From Escherichia coli (lineage in GTDB: Bacteria > Pseudomonadota > Gammaproteobacteria > Enterobacterales > Enterobacteriaceae): 64,000 nucleotides of DNA. Positions 1 through 11,247 of this stretch are shown here, piece after piece. Position numbers and translations under genes: made by a program. Positions within the stretch are counted from its first letter, which is position 1. Each line of letters starts with the position of its first letter. The notes under the pieces are model-generated. The model was not told the origin of the DNA. It saw nothing but the letters and a program-made list of their open reading frames with translations, and ran no database searches. The DNA lies in assembly GCF_044647545.1 (NCBI RefSeq), contig NZ_CP172818.1; one strand, 5' to 3'.

Positions 1-2
1 TT

Positions 3-140
3 CGCCATCTGAACAGTAAAGACAGTTCGATAAGCATTGCTCTACAGCAGATTCAACCAGAATCATGGCAAGCTATCTGGGACGCCGAAATTGCGCCCCA
101 AATGGAGACGCTGATAAAGAAACCTGGTTACAGCATGTAA
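3..140 (+). CDS. pptA: 3' end of a plus-strand ORF (C-terminal 45 codons, stop TAA 138-140); possibly tautomerase PptA
   Basis: Open frame from window edge to TAA at 138-140, converging tail-to-tail on yddH; identity is from synteny memory and is tentative. Confidence 0.4.
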   Translation, partial: RHLNSKDSSISIALQQIQPESWQAIWDAEIAPQMETLIKKPGYSM

Positions 141-143
141 TGC

Positions 144-713
144 TTAACCTGCCGTAACACGCTTGCCGCTGGTAACAAACGTGCCAGCGCCTAAATGATG
201 CAACGTATTGAGCTTATCATCATCAAACTGCCAGCGGCCTTCGACAAATACCCGTGCGTCTGCCGCTGCTGATACCACTTCGCCAAACAGCGTGTCGTAT
301 TTTTCTTGCGCAGAAGTCGCAGGTAGCAGGCGACACTCCATCCACGCCAGACATTTTTCCTCGACCAGCGGCAAACCAAGCACCGGACCTTTCACAACCG
401 GAATACCATAGCAGTTAAACTTATCTTCATCACGCCCCGACACACTTCCCACCGCCCACGTCCAGTTAGTCGCCGCAACGCCTGGGATAACGATGCCAAA
501 TTTACCGTTACGCTCAATCAACTCCCTGGTCCATGTCGATTTATCTACCACAATCGCCACGCGTGGCGGTTCAAACTCTACGGGCATAGACCAGGCTGCT
601 GCCATAATGTTACGCCGCTGGGATTGCTCATCGAAACTGGTGATCATGACAGTTGGGCCATGATTTAACAGACGGCTGGCATGGTGTAATTCGACGGGAA
701 TGAATTGGCTCAC
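144..713 (-). CDS. yddH: flavin reductase-like protein YddH
   Basis: 189-aa ORF; length and sequence match my recollection of K-12 YddH; sits next to nhoA. Confidence 0.8.
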   Translation of the reverse strand: MSQFIPVELHHASRLLNHGPTVMITSFDEQSQRRNIMAAAWSMPVEFEPPRVAIVVDKSTWTRELIERNGKFGIVIPGVAATNWTWAVGSVSGRDEDKFNCYGIPVVKGPVLGLPLVEEKCLAWMECRLLPATSAQEKYDTLFGEVVSAAADARVFVEGRWQFDDDKLNTLHHLGAGTFVTSGKRVTAG

Positions 714-887
714 GATATCGCCTCGCTATGAAGGGTGTTTTAAAAGCGTAGCTCGTAACGCAATAAGTAACGAAATTAACGGGATTGGCGATTTGCGAAC
801 GTGATGCATGTCCGCGATCGCACAAAATAGCCAGTGCGGCGTCTATTCCAGGTTATAAGTTGAGAAAACCACTAAGGGAAACGCCTG

Positions 888-1733
888 ATGACGCCCATTC
901 TGAATCACTATTTTGCCCGTATTAACTGGTTGGGAGCTGCTGCGGCCAATATTGATACGCTGCGTGCATTGCACCTGAAACACAATTGCACCATTCCGTT
1001 TGAAAATCTCGACGTTTTGCTGCCGAGGGAAATACAGCTTGATGATCAATCGCTGGAAGAGAAACTGGTGATAGCCCGTCGTGGCGGTTACTGTTTTGAG
1101 CAGAATGGCGTGTTTGAGCGTGTGTTACGCGAGCTGGGGTTTAACGTTCGCAGCTTGTTAGGGCGCGTAGTGTTATCAAATCCGCCAGCATTACCGCCGC
1201 GCACCCATCGTTTGCTGTTGGTGGAACTGGAAGGGGAAAAATGGATTGCTGATGTCGGTTTCGGTGGGCAGACGCTAACCGCGCCGATTCGTTTAATGCC
1301 GGATATCATGCAAACCACGCCACACGGAGAGTATCGGTTGTTGCAAGAGGGTGATGATTGGGTGTTGCAGTTTAATCATCATCAGCACTGGCAGTCGATG
1401 TACCGTTTTGATCTCTGCGAGCAGCAACAAAGCGATTATGTGATGGGCAATTTCTGGTCGGCGCATTGGCCGCAGTCGCATTTTCGCCATCATTTGCTGA
1501 TGTGTCGCCATTTGCCGGACGGTGGCAAGCTGACACTGACCAATTTTCATTTTACCCATTATGAAAATGGGCACGCAGTTAAGCAGCGAAATCTACCAGA
1601 TGTGGCGTCGTTATATGCCGTGATGCAGGAACAGTTTGGTCTGGGCGTAGATGATGCGAAACATGGCTTTACTGTGGATGAGTTAGCGCTGGTGATGGCG
1701 GCGTTTGATACGCACCCGGAGGCGGGAAAATAA
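888..1733 (+). CDS. nhoA: N-hydroxyarylamine O-acetyltransferase
   Basis: 281-aa ORF, arylamine N-acetyltransferase-like sequence, K-12 synteny. Confidence 0.9.
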   Translation: MTPILNHYFARINWLGAAAANIDTLRALHLKHNCTIPFENLDVLLPREIQLDDQSLEEKLVIARRGGYCFEQNGVFERVLRELGFNVRSLLGRVVLSNPPALPPRTHRLLLVELEGEKWIADVGFGGQTLTAPIRLMPDIMQTTPHGEYRLLQEGDDWVLQFNHHQHWQSMYRFDLCEQQQSDYVMGNFWSAHWPQSHFRHHLLMCRHLPDGGKLTLTNFHFTHYENGHAVKQRNLPDVASLYAVMQEQFGLGVDDAKHGFTVDELALVMAAFDTHPEAGK

Positions 1734-1743
1734 TTTATGTCAG

Positions 1744-1824
1744 GTTGCCGGATGTGGCGTAAATGCCTAATCCGGCATACATTAGTCCGGTTGTAGGCCT
1801 GATAAGCGAAGCGCATCAGGCAAC
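1744..1824. repeat. REP/BIME-type palindromic repeat pair in the nhoA-yddE intergenic region
   Basis: gccggatg...catccggc-like palindrome and gtaggcctgataagcgaagcgcatcaggc, which resemble the E. coli REP consensus. Confidence 0.6.
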
Positions 1825-1828
1825 GGTT

Positions 1829-2722
1829 TCAGAGTTCAATTGCCCATTCGGCATGAAACAAAATCACCGCCGTGCCAGAAATGGTGACTTTCTCCGGTTG
1901 GTTATCACGAATTGTCACCGTCACTTCAATCACGCCTTCACGCCCTAATGCGCGCCCCTGATGGCCTTTAACACGCAACACGTTGCCATCGTGTGGCAAT
2001 ACGTTGTGATGTACTAACCATGCACCCATCGGGCCATTGGCATTGCCAGTCACCGGATCTTCCACAATACCAATCGCAGGCGAGAACATGCGACCATCGG
2101 TTTCGTTTTTGCCTGGGCGGATCTGGAACGGGAAGAAACCATTGCAGCCAATCTGTTTGCTGATTGTGGTCAGCGCAGCAAGGTCAGGCGAAAGGGCGTC
2201 GATATCCACTTCCGGCTTCAGTGGAATCATCACTTTTGAGTGTCCTGTGGTAGCCACCTGGATTGGCAAGCCTTGCAAAATATCGTCTTCAGTGAGATGA
2301 AGCGCGTTGATAATCGCTGCACGTGTTTCACCTTTCAGCGGTGGCTCAAAGCCTGGAGTACCTTGTTCCAGCGAAATACGATAATCATCATTTTGCTTTT
2401 CGATAGTCACACGATGTTTTCCTGCCAGCGACGTTTGCCAGACGGTGCAATTTCCTAAACCTAACACCTTTGCACGTACATAGTGCGCAGCTACTGTCGC
2501 GTGACCACAAATCGGAACTTCAACCGTTGGCGTAAAGTAGCGGATGCGCACATCGCTGTCGTCGCTGTGCAGCAGAAAAGCAGTTTCCGAATGACCTAAC
2601 TCGCGGGCGATAAGCTGCATTTGCGCTTCGCTAAGATTATCGGCGGGGAAAACAACACCGGCAGAATTGCCGCGAAACGGTTGAGAGGTAAAAGCATCGA
2701 CGTGGTAAACCTGCGGTTTCAT
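1829..2722 (-). CDS. yddE: PhzF-family isomerase YddE
   Basis: 297-aa ORF, K-12 synteny. Confidence 0.85.
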   Translation of the reverse strand: MKPQVYHVDAFTSQPFRGNSAGVVFPADNLSEAQMQLIARELGHSETAFLLHSDDSDVRIRYFTPTVEVPICGHATVAAHYVRAKVLGLGNCTVWQTSLAGKHRVTIEKQNDDYRISLEQGTPGFEPPLKGETRAAIINALHLTEDDILQGLPIQVATTGHSKVMIPLKPEVDIDALSPDLAALTTISKQIGCNGFFPFQIRPGKNETDGRMFSPAIGIVEDPVTGNANGPMGAWLVHHNVLPHDGNVLRVKGHQGRALGREGVIEVTVTIRDNQPEKVTISGTAVILFHAEWAIEL

Positions 2723-2801
2723 TAATGTTCTCCTGTGGCTGGAGAACTATCATAGCCTGCAAGTGGCCGGAGAGCGAAGAGCTATCCGGCCCGCGAGAGA
2801 A

Positions 2802-3482
2802 TTAACGCCGCGAACGCACAATCTGATACCGACGAGTAAAGTACTCAAACGGCGCGCTCCAGACATGCACCAGTCGGGTGAACGGGAAGAGCAGAAAGAT
2901 GGTCATTCCAAGCACCAGATGAACGCGGAATATAAAGGCGACACCATCAAGATGCGTAGATGCACCGCCCTGGAAAGTGACAATGCTTTGCGCCCAGCCC
3001 ACCAGCTTCATCATTTCACTGCCGTCCGGATGTTGTGCTGAAAAAGGAATGGTGGTTAACCCAAGAATGCACTGAATTAACAAAATAGCGAGGATCAGGA
3101 TATCCGCACCAGAAGACGTCGCCCTGATACGCGGATTTGTTAAACGACGCACCAGTAGCCCCGCACCGCCAATCAGCGTCAATACCCCGCATATTCCGCC
3201 GAGGATCATCGCCATTAGTTGTTTCGCTGCCACTGGCAAAAACCACGCGTACATCCAGTGCGGCGTTAACATGCCGAACAGGTGCCCGAAGAAAATCCCC
3301 AAAATGCCGATATGGAACAGATTCGACCACAGCACCATACCACGTTTATCCAGCATCTGGCTGGAGGCGGCGCGCCAGGTATACTGCCCGTAATCGTAGC
3401 GCAGCCAGCTTCCAAGGATAAAAACCGTGCCACACAAGTACGGGTAGATATCGTAAAAAAAGACGTTCAGATACTGAATCAT
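2802..3482 (-). CDS. narV: nitrate reductase Z gamma subunit (cytochrome b)
   Basis: 226-aa hydrophobic ORF; overlaps narW by 4 nt; operon order narZYWV. Confidence 0.9.
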   Translation of the reverse strand: MIQYLNVFFYDIYPYLCGTVFILGSWLRYDYGQYTWRAASSQMLDKRGMVLWSNLFHIGILGIFFGHLFGMLTPHWMYAWFLPVAAKQLMAMILGGICGVLTLIGGAGLLVRRLTNPRIRATSSGADILILAILLIQCILGLTTIPFSAQHPDGSEMMKLVGWAQSIVTFQGGASTHLDGVAFIFRVHLVLGMTIFLLFPFTRLVHVWSAPFEYFTRRYQIVRSRR

Positions 3483-4174
3483 TTCCCACCTCCCGCACTG
3501 ATGTCGACATACTGCGGCGCGACATCCTGGCTAAAGCGTCGCTGATATTGATTAAGCGGCGAGCTGTCACACGCCGTGGCGTTATCTTCAATAAACTTCA
3601 CCTGTTCTTCTTCCCACACCGCATCCAGCGCCTGGCGGGTGTCGTCACGCTCTTCACTGCGAATCTGTTTTGTGACGCTGTCACTTGACAGAGGGCTTCC
3701 TGCCAGTTGCAACAGGGTGTCAAATAACGCGTACCACGGTGCCTCGCGTTGTTTTAAGCGTCCGCCAAGCAGGGCGAGGATCGGCGCAACGTTGAGCAAG
3801 CCTTCTTTCGCCTGATCGTCCGGCAGTACGCTTAAGTACTCCAGATACAGCGGCAGATAATCGGGCAGTTCTCGACAATCCAACTGCAGACCGACCTTTT
3901 CATACTCCGCCAGCAGGTCCACCATTGCCTGGCCGCGATCGCGGGACTCGGCATGAACATGTTCGAACAGCAGCAGCGATGTGGTACGTCCACGGTCAAA
4001 CACTTCGCACCATTCGGCCTGTTTATCCAGCAGCGGCGCGTTAAGCAGGTTGCGGGTAAAATCCGTAAGCATCGGTGCGTCGCGGCGGATCAACGCCAGC
4101 GCGTCCTCCTTACATTCCCACAACAGCTCGTCCGGATACTCCATCAACAGGCCGATCACTTTGAGGATCTGCAT
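3479..4174 (-). CDS. narW: nitrate reductase Z assembly chaperone
   Basis: 231-aa ORF between narY and narV; 1-nt overlap with narY. Confidence 0.9.
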   Translation of the reverse strand: MQILKVIGLLMEYPDELLWECKEDALALIRRDAPMLTDFTRNLLNAPLLDKQAEWCEVFDRGRTTSLLLFEHVHAESRDRGQAMVDLLAEYEKVGLQLDCRELPDYLPLYLEYLSVLPDDQAKEGLLNVAPILALLGGRLKQREAPWYALFDTLLQLAGSPLSSDSVTKQIRSEERDDTRQALDAVWEEEQVKFIEDNATACDSSPLNQYQRRFSQDVAPQYVDISAGGGK

Positions 4175-5718
4175 TATTCGCCCTCCGCTTTGTCGCGCAC
4201 TTCGGTGATGTTGATGGCATCGATACGGCTACTGTTGAACAGGTTGAATTTGCTGTCCGAGCCGTGGCAACCGTCGCCAAAGGTAAAACCGCAGCCGTTG
4301 CGTTCTGCGAAGGCATCGCCCGCCATTTCCCGATGGCTTGTCGGGATGACAAAACGGTCTTCATAGTTGGCAATGGCGAGGTAACGATACATCTCTTCGA
4401 CCTGGGCGACGCTCAGACCTACTTCGTCGATGGCACGAGTATCAGTAACGCCTTCCACGGTTTGTGAACGCATATAGTGGCGCATCGCCATCATCCGTTT
4501 CAGCGCCCGCAGTACCGGACCGGTATCACCGGCACTCAACATATTGGCGAGATATTGCACCGGAATACGCAGGCTTTCGATGGCGGGCAGCACGCCTTCG
4601 CTTTTCGGCAAACCTCCCGCATCAGCGTAGGACTGAATCGGTGACAGCGGCGGAACGTACCAGACCATCGGCAGAGTGCGGTATTCAGGGTGCAGCGGTA
4701 GCGCCAGTTTCCAGTCCATTGCCATTTTGTAGACTGGCGAACGCTGGGCAGCGTCAATCACGTTTTGTGGAATACCTTGTTTCAGGGCTTCCTCGATCAC
4801 CGAGGGATCGTGCGGATCGAGGAACACTTCGCACTGGCGTTCATAGAGGTCAACTTCGCGCTCGGTGCTCGCCGCTTCCTCGATGCGGTCGGCGTCGTAA
4901 AGCAGCACGCCCAGATATCGGATGCGACCCACGCAGGTTTCTGAGCACACGGTGGGTTGGCCTGACTCAATTCGTGGGTAACAGAAGATGCATTTTTCTG
5001 ACTTGCCGCTTTTCCAGTTGAAGTAGATTTTTTTGTACGGACAACCGCTAATGCACAAACGCCAGCCACGGCATTTATCCTGATCAATCAGCACAATGCC
5101 GTCTTCTTCACGTTTGTAGATAGCACCGCTTGGGCAGGTCGCCACGCAGCTGGGATTGAGGCAGTGTTCGCACAGGCGCGGCAGGTACATCATGAACGTG
5201 TTTTCAAACTGCCCGTACATCTCCTTTTGCATGGCCTCGAAGTTGCGGTCGCGGGCGCGTTTTTCAAATTCGCCGCCCAACAATTCTTCCCAGTTTGGCC
5301 CCCAGATCACTTTGTCCATCCGTTTGCCGTCAATCAGTGAACGCGGGCGCGCAGTAGGAATATGTTTACCTTCTGGCGCGCTATGCAAATGTTCGTAGTC
5401 GAAGGTGAAAGGTTCGTAGTAATCATCAATCTGCGGCACCACCGGGTTGGCGAAGATTTTGGTAATCACGCCCATCTTGCTGCCCAGACGCGGGCGGATC
5501 TTGCCATTCACATCACGCACCCAGCCGCCTTGCCACTCTTCCTGATCTTCCCAGTTTTTCGGATAACCAATGCCCGGTTTGGTTTCGACGTTGTTAAACC
5601 ATGCGTACTCCATGCCTTCGCGTCTGGTCCAGACGTTTTTACAGGTCACCGAACAGGTATGGCAGCCGATACATTTATCGAGGTTAAGCACCATGCCGAC
5701 TTGCGAACGTATTTTCAT
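4174..5718 (-). CDS. narY: nitrate reductase Z beta subunit (Fe-S)
   Basis: 514-aa ORF with multiple CxxCxxCxxxC ferredoxin-type cysteine clusters. Confidence 0.93.
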   Translation of the reverse strand: MKIRSQVGMVLNLDKCIGCHTCSVTCKNVWTRREGMEYAWFNNVETKPGIGYPKNWEDQEEWQGGWVRDVNGKIRPRLGSKMGVITKIFANPVVPQIDDYYEPFTFDYEHLHSAPEGKHIPTARPRSLIDGKRMDKVIWGPNWEELLGGEFEKRARDRNFEAMQKEMYGQFENTFMMYLPRLCEHCLNPSCVATCPSGAIYKREEDGIVLIDQDKCRGWRLCISGCPYKKIYFNWKSGKSEKCIFCYPRIESGQPTVCSETCVGRIRYLGVLLYDADRIEEAASTEREVDLYERQCEVFLDPHDPSVIEEALKQGIPQNVIDAAQRSPVYKMAMDWKLALPLHPEYRTLPMVWYVPPLSPIQSYADAGGLPKSEGVLPAIESLRIPVQYLANMLSAGDTGPVLRALKRMMAMRHYMRSQTVEGVTDTRAIDEVGLSVAQVEEMYRYLAIANYEDRFVIPTSHREMAGDAFAERNGCGFTFGDGCHGSDSKFNLFNSSRIDAINITEVRDKAEGE

Positions 5719-8700
5719 TTTTTCGCCTCCTGAACCTGATCGCGACCTTCATCATCCAGCCAGTTAACGTTCTTCATCTTGCGGATCATGATGAATTCGT
5801 CGCGGTTCGAGCCGACGGTGCCGTAGTAGTTAAAGCCCCAGGCCAGCTGCGCGTAACCGCCAATCATATGCGTTGGTTTCGGACAAACGCGGGTGACCGA
5901 GTTATGAATGCCGCCGCGCATGCCAGTTACTTCCGAACCAGGAATATTCATAATGCGTTCCTGGGCGTGATACATCATGGTCATGCCCGGCGGTACACGT
6001 TGGCTGACCACCGCGCGGGCCGTCAGCGCGCCGTTGGCGTTAAACACTTCCACCCAGTCGTTATCGACAATGGTCAGTTCACGGGCATCGGTTTCGCTGA
6101 TCCAGACAATTGGTCCACCGCGAGAGAGCGTCAGCATTAGCAGGTTTTCACTGTAGGTTGAGTGAATGCCCCATTTCTGGTGCGGCGTCAGGAAGTTAAG
6201 TGCTTTTTCCGGGAAGCCGTTTGGCGGTATCTGGCGCATTTCACTGACGCTACGGGTGTCGATAGGCGGGCGATAAGCCACCAGGCTTTCACCAAAAGCA
6301 CGCATCCACGGATGATCCTGATAGAGCTGCTGGCGTCCCGACAGCGTGCGCCACGGAATTAACTCATGAACGTTGGTGTATCCCGCGTTATAGGAAACGT
6401 GATCGCTTTCCAGACCGGACCATGTGGGGCTGGAGATAATTTTACGTGGCTGCGCCTGAATATCGCGAAAGCGAATCTTCTCGTCCTCTTTGTGCAGCGC
6501 CAGATGGGTATGTTCGCGTCCGGTGATCTCGCCCAGCGCCTGCCACGCTTTGACTGCAACATGACCGTTGGTTTCCGGTGCCAGCGCCAGAATCACTTCT
6601 GATGCGTCAATGGCGGTGTCAATCAGCGGACGCCCCTGTGCCGGGCCTTCACGCTTGGTGTAGTTGAGTTTGCCGAGGAAATCGATTTCATCCTGGGTAT
6701 TCCACGAAATCCCTTTACCGCCGTTGCCAAGTTTGTCCATCAATGGCCCGAGCGAGGTAAAGCGTTCATAGGTAGCAGGGTAGTCGCGTTCCACCGCCAC
6801 AATATTGGGCGCGGTTTTACCCGGGATCAGATCGCATTCGCCTTTGCGCCAGTCGAGCACTTCACACGGCTGGGAGAGTTCTGCCGGAGAGTCATGTAGC
6901 AGTGGTTGTAATACCACGTCGGTTTCTTTGCCAAGATGACCCACGCACAGTTGCGAAAATGCTTTGGCGATACCTTTGTAGATTTCCCAGTCGCTGCGTG
7001 ATTCCCACGCCGGATCGACCGCCGCAGAAAGCGGATGAATAAACGGATGCATATCCGAGGTGTTCATATCGTCTTTTTCGTACCAGGTGGCGGTGGGCAG
7101 AACGATATCGGAGAACAGGCAGGTACTGGACATACGGAAGTCGAGCGTCACCAGCAGGTCGAGCTTGCCTTCAATCGCCGCAGTTTGCCACTCGACTTCT
7201 TCCGGTTTGATCCCGTCGCTGGCACCGAGTTCCTCGCCCTGAATCCCGCTTTCGGTCCCCAGCAGATACTTCTGCATATACTCGTGGCCTTTGCCGGAGG
7301 AACCAAGCAGGTTAGAACGCCAGACAAACAAATTACGCGGATGATTGCTGCCGCTATCGGGTTGTTCGCAGGCCATACGTAAATCGCCCGATTTCAGCGC
7401 CTGGGCGGTGAATTCTGTGGGAGATAATCCGGCCTTGTCGGCTTCAGCTTTAATCCCGAGCGGATTACGCCCCAACTGCGGCGCAGAAGGTAGCCAGCCC
7501 ATACGTTCGGCGCGAACGTTGAAATCAATCAGATGACCGCTGTACTTACTGGCATCGGCCAGCGGTGAAAGTAACTCCTGAGCAGAGACTTTTTCATAGC
7601 GCCATTGGCTGGAATGATTGTAGAAAAACGAGGTGCTGTTCATCTGGCGCGGTGGTCGGTTCCAGTCGAGCGCAAAGGCCAGTGGCAACCAGCCGGTTTG
7701 CGGGCGCAGTTTTTCCTGACCGACATAGTGTGCCCAGCCGCCACCGCTTTGCCCGACACAACCGCAGAAGATCAGCATGTTGATCATCCCACGGTAATTC
7801 ATGTCCATGTGGTACCAGTGGTTAACACCTGCGCCGAGGATAATCATCGAGCGCCCATGCGTTTTATGGGCAGTATCGGCAAATTCACGAGCGATGGTTT
7901 CAATATACTGGCGCGGCACACCGGTAATTTGCTCACCCCAGGCTGGGGTGTACGGTTTGATTTCAGCGTAATCTTTCGCGCTGTTTTCATCTTCCAGCCC
8001 GCGATCGAGGCCATAATTCGCCAGTACCAAATCATAAACGCTGACCACCGGACAGGTGTTGCCATCGGCTAATGTCAGGTTTTTAACGGGCAATTGGCGC
8101 ACCAGGACCGGATTGTGTTTTACGCTACGAAAATGCGGATTTTCAATGCCGCCAAAGTAGGGGAAGGCCACGCCTGCAACGGCATCATGTTGACCGAGCA
8201 GAGTTAACGACAATTCGGTTTCCGTACCGGCGGCAATGGATTCCAGATTCCATTTGCCTTTTTCTCCCCAGCGAAAACCAATCGAACCGTTCGGCACCAC
8301 CAGTTCACCTGCGGTATTAACCGCCACGGTTTTCCACTGCGGATTATTGCTTTCGCCCAGTCCATCCACCAGGTCAGATGCGCGGACCATGCGCCCGGGA
8401 ACGTAGCTGCCGTCGTCGCGAGGTTCCAGCATTACCAGCATCGGCATGTCGCTGTAGCGGCGGCAGTAGTTGATAAAATAATCGCTGGGATTATCGAGAT
8501 GAAACTCTTTTAAAATGACATGGCCCATTGCCATTGCCAGGGCACTATCAGTGCCTTGTTTTGGTGCCAGCCACTGGTCGCACAATTTGGCCACTTCAGA
8601 GTAGTCAGGGGTAATGGCGATGGTTTTAGTGCCTTTGTAGCGTACTTCGGTAAAGAAATGGGCGTCCGGCGTACGTGTCTGCGGTACGTTAGACCCCCAG

Positions 8701-9455
8701 GCGATGATGTAACTGGAGTTATACCAGTCGGCAGATTCCGGCACGTCGGTTTGTTCGCCCCAGGTCATCGGCGAGGCGGGCGGCAGGTCGCAATACCAGT
8801 CGTAGAAGCTTAAACAGGTGCCACCTAACAGCGACAGATAACGTGTTCCGGCGGCGTAAGAAACCATCGACATCGCCGGGATCGGCGAGAAACCGGCAAC
8901 GCGATCCGGGCCGTAAGTTTTGATGGTCCAGACGTTAGCAGCGGCAATCAGCTGGTTTAGCTCCTGCCAGTTGGAGCGGATAAAGCCGCCGCGTCCACGT
9001 ACTTGTTTGTAGCTCAGGCACTTTTGCGGATCGTTCATAATCGATGCCCACGCCAGTACCGGATCGCTGTGTTGCTTGAGGGCTTCGCGCCACAGTTCAA
9101 TCAGTCGTTTACGAATGAGCGGGTATTTCAGACGGTTAGCGCTGTAGAGATACCAGGAGTAACTTGCGCCACGCGGGCAGCCGCGAGGTTCATGATTGGG
9201 CAGGTCAGGGCGAGTGCGCGGGTAGTCGGTCTGTTGGATTTCCCAGGTCACCAGACCATTTTTAACGTAGATTTTCCAGCTACAGGAGCCTGTACAGTTA
9301 ACACCGTGGGTGGAACGCACGATTTTGTCGAACTGCCAACGCTGGCGATAGCTGTCCTCCCAGTCGCGGTTGCTATGCATCACCTGTCCGTGACCATCGG
9401 CAAAGGTTTCGCCCTTTTGTTTGAAGTAGCGAAAGCGATCCAAAAGTTTACTCAT
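5715..9455 (-). CDS. narZ: nitrate reductase Z alpha subunit (molybdopterin)
   Basis: Track ORF is 1287 aa; trimmed to the ATG at 9455-9453 (cat on plus strand), which has an AGGAG RBS upstream and gives 1246 aa. Confidence 0.9.
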   Translation of the reverse strand: MSKLLDRFRYFKQKGETFADGHGQVMHSNRDWEDSYRQRWQFDKIVRSTHGVNCTGSCSWKIYVKNGLVTWEIQQTDYPRTRPDLPNHEPRGCPRGASYSWYLYSANRLKYPLIRKRLIELWREALKQHSDPVLAWASIMNDPQKCLSYKQVRGRGGFIRSNWQELNQLIAAANVWTIKTYGPDRVAGFSPIPAMSMVSYAAGTRYLSLLGGTCLSFYDWYCDLPPASPMTWGEQTDVPESADWYNSSYIIAWGSNVPQTRTPDAHFFTEVRYKGTKTIAITPDYSEVAKLCDQWLAPKQGTDSALAMAMGHVILKEFHLDNPSDYFINYCRRYSDMPMLVMLEPRDDGSYVPGRMVRASDLVDGLGESNNPQWKTVAVNTAGELVVPNGSIGFRWGEKGKWNLESIAAGTETELSLTLLGQHDAVAGVAFPYFGGIENPHFRSVKHNPVLVRQLPVKNLTLADGNTCPVVSVYDLVLANYGLDRGLEDENSAKDYAEIKPYTPAWGEQITGVPRQYIETIAREFADTAHKTHGRSMIILGAGVNHWYHMDMNYRGMINMLIFCGCVGQSGGGWAHYVGQEKLRPQTGWLPLAFALDWNRPPRQMNSTSFFYNHSSQWRYEKVSAQELLSPLADASKYSGHLIDFNVRAERMGWLPSAPQLGRNPLGIKAEADKAGLSPTEFTAQALKSGDLRMACEQPDSGSNHPRNLFVWRSNLLGSSGKGHEYMQKYLLGTESGIQGEELGASDGIKPEEVEWQTAAIEGKLDLLVTLDFRMSSTCLFSDIVLPTATWYEKDDMNTSDMHPFIHPLSAAVDPAWESRSDWEIYKGIAKAFSQLCVGHLGKETDVVLQPLLHDSPAELSQPCEVLDWRKGECDLIPGKTAPNIVAVERDYPATYERFTSLGPLMDKLGNGGKGISWNTQDEIDFLGKLNYTKREGPAQGRPLIDTAIDASEVILALAPETNGHVAVKAWQALGEITGREHTHLALHKEDEKIRFRDIQAQPRKIISSPTWSGLESDHVSYNAGYTNVHELIPWRTLSGRQQLYQDHPWMRAFGESLVAYRPPIDTRSVSEMRQIPPNGFPEKALNFLTPHQKWGIHSTYSENLLMLTLSRGGPIVWISETDARELTIVDNDWVEVFNANGALTARAVVSQRVPPGMTMMYHAQERIMNIPGSEVTGMRGGIHNSVTRVCPKPTHMIGGYAQLAWGFNYYGTVGSNRDEFIMIRKMKNVNWLDDEGRDQVQEAKK

Positions 9456-9484
9456 GACATAACTCCTGCTCCAGGAATGAATTG

Positions 9485-9540
9485 GGATCTGATGCCTTGT
9501 CGGACGCGACACGGTTGTAGCCTGATAAGACGTGTCAGGC
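9485..9540. repeat. REP-like palindromic element in the narU-narZ intergenic region
   Basis: gtagcctgataagacgtgtcaggcatc resembles the REP consensus. Confidence 0.45.
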
Positions 9541-9549
9541 ATCGATCTC

Positions 9550-10938
9550 TTATTTTTGGCTGAACTTCCGCCGACCATAAACCAGCCAGGTCAGTAGCAC
9601 GCAAACGATGTAGAAGATTAAAAACACTTTCATCGCGCCCACCGGAGAGCCGGTCATATTGAGCGACATGCCAAACGCCTGCGGAATAAAAAAGCCGCCC
9701 ACTGCGCCAATGGCTGAGATAAAGCCCAGAGCGGCTGCCGTTTCGGTGACGGCTTCTCTTTGAGCTTGCTCATCACTACCGCCTTTCATCTTCACCCGAT
9801 AAATGGTTATCTGGCGAAAGATGACGGCGATCATCTGGAAAGTAGAACCACTTCCCAGACCCGCGGTCAGAAACAGCCCCATAAATACGGCGTAAAATGC
9901 GATGAAATTACCGGAGCCTGTGCCCGGTAAGGTAAGGAACAGCAGGGCGCTGAAAATCGCCATAAAAATGAAGTTGATCAACGTCACCCGCACGCCGCCG
10001 AATTTATCGGAAATAGCACCACCAACCGATCGCGCGATGGCACCGATAAATGGGCCAAAGAACGCCAGGCGCAGAATATTCACATCCGGGAACTGGGTTT
10101 TTGCCAGCATGGCAAAACCCGCAGAAAAACCGATAAACGAACCGAAGGTGGCAAGATAAAGCAGGCTCAGTAGCCAGAGATGCAGGCGTTGTAAGACAGG
10201 GAGCTGGTCGGCAATTGAGGCGCGTGAACTGGCGATATCATTCATCCCTGACCAGGCGGCGATCGTGGCAATCGCCAGTAATGGCACCCAAATCCATGCG
10301 GCATTCGCCAGCGACATCACCGAACCGTCGGCCTGCGGTACGCCATTGACGCCGAGAAAGGCAAATACGGGTACAAAAATGACCAGCGGTGCAACCAGCT
10401 GCATCACACTTACACCTAAGTTTCCTAATCCGCCATTAATCCCAAGTGCGCTCCCTTGTTTGGCTTTTGGGAAGAAGAAACTGATATTGCCCATGCTCGA
10501 AGCAAAGTTCGCACCTGCAAAACCGCATAGCAAAGCGATAACGATAAATATCCCAAAAGGAGTATTCGGATTCTGCACGGCAATTCCGAGCCAGACGCAA
10601 GGAATAATCAGGATTGCAGTACTAAAAACCGTCCATCGGCGTCCACCGAATATAGGCACCATAAAGGAGTAGGGGACACGCAATAATGCGCCAGAAACGG
10701 AGGGTAATGCGGTTAATAAAAAGAGTTGATCGGTAGTGAAATTAAAACCGATTTTATTGAGATTAACAGTAACTGCGCTAAATAGCATCCAGACACAGAA
10801 GGCAAGAAGTAGACAACTGACTGATATCCAGAGGTTTCTTCGTGCAATATGCTTTCCTTTATTTTCCCAGAAGGCCGGATTTTCTGGTTTCCAGTCGCGT
10901 AAAAGATAACGACTATTTTTCTCATTTTGCAGTGCCAT
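9550..10938 (-). CDS. narU: nitrate/nitrite transporter (MFS)
   Basis: Track ORF is 476 aa; trimmed to the ATG at 10938-10936 to give 462 aa; polytopic membrane protein. Confidence 0.88.
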   Translation of the reverse strand: MALQNEKNSRYLLRDWKPENPAFWENKGKHIARRNLWISVSCLLLAFCVWMLFSAVTVNLNKIGFNFTTDQLFLLTALPSVSGALLRVPYSFMVPIFGGRRWTVFSTAILIIPCVWLGIAVQNPNTPFGIFIVIALLCGFAGANFASSMGNISFFFPKAKQGSALGINGGLGNLGVSVMQLVAPLVIFVPVFAFLGVNGVPQADGSVMSLANAAWIWVPLLAIATIAAWSGMNDIASSRASIADQLPVLQRLHLWLLSLLYLATFGSFIGFSAGFAMLAKTQFPDVNILRLAFFGPFIGAIARSVGGAISDKFGGVRVTLINFIFMAIFSALLFLTLPGTGSGNFIAFYAVFMGLFLTAGLGSGSTFQMIAVIFRQITIYRVKMKGGSDEQAQREAVTETAAALGFISAIGAVGGFFIPQAFGMSLNMTGSPVGAMKVFLIFYIVCVLLTWLVYGRRKFSQK

Positions 10939-11247
10939 ATTGTTCCTCACATGCACACATTGGTAATGAAAAAAAGACAAAACAGGAGGTAAGGCGCAAT
11001 AGCCAGTTATTAGAATTAAGGATGAATCAGGTGAAGTGCTGATTAGAAGAATAGATAAGAAAGCGTAACTGCGGAGGCAGAATGTGGATTAAACAGACAG
11101 ATATGTGTTACTAAATGTAACCATCAAACGGGGGTTAATCTTTGAACGTATGTCATGTTTCAACCCTTCAGATCGTGAATCTAAAGGGTTGCATATTAAC
11201 TATATTCTCAACAAGACCAGACAATTATAGAATTAGTGATGATTTAT

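Noticed and set aside
5868-9563. Multiple 60-190 aa plus-strand ORFs inside narZ
   Set aside because: All are antisense to the 1246-aa narZ frame and have no independent support.
9456-9578. N-terminal extension of narZ to 1287 aa in the ORF track
   Set aside because: The internal ATG at 9455 has a proper AGGAG RBS and gives the expected length; the extension would run into the REP element and narU.
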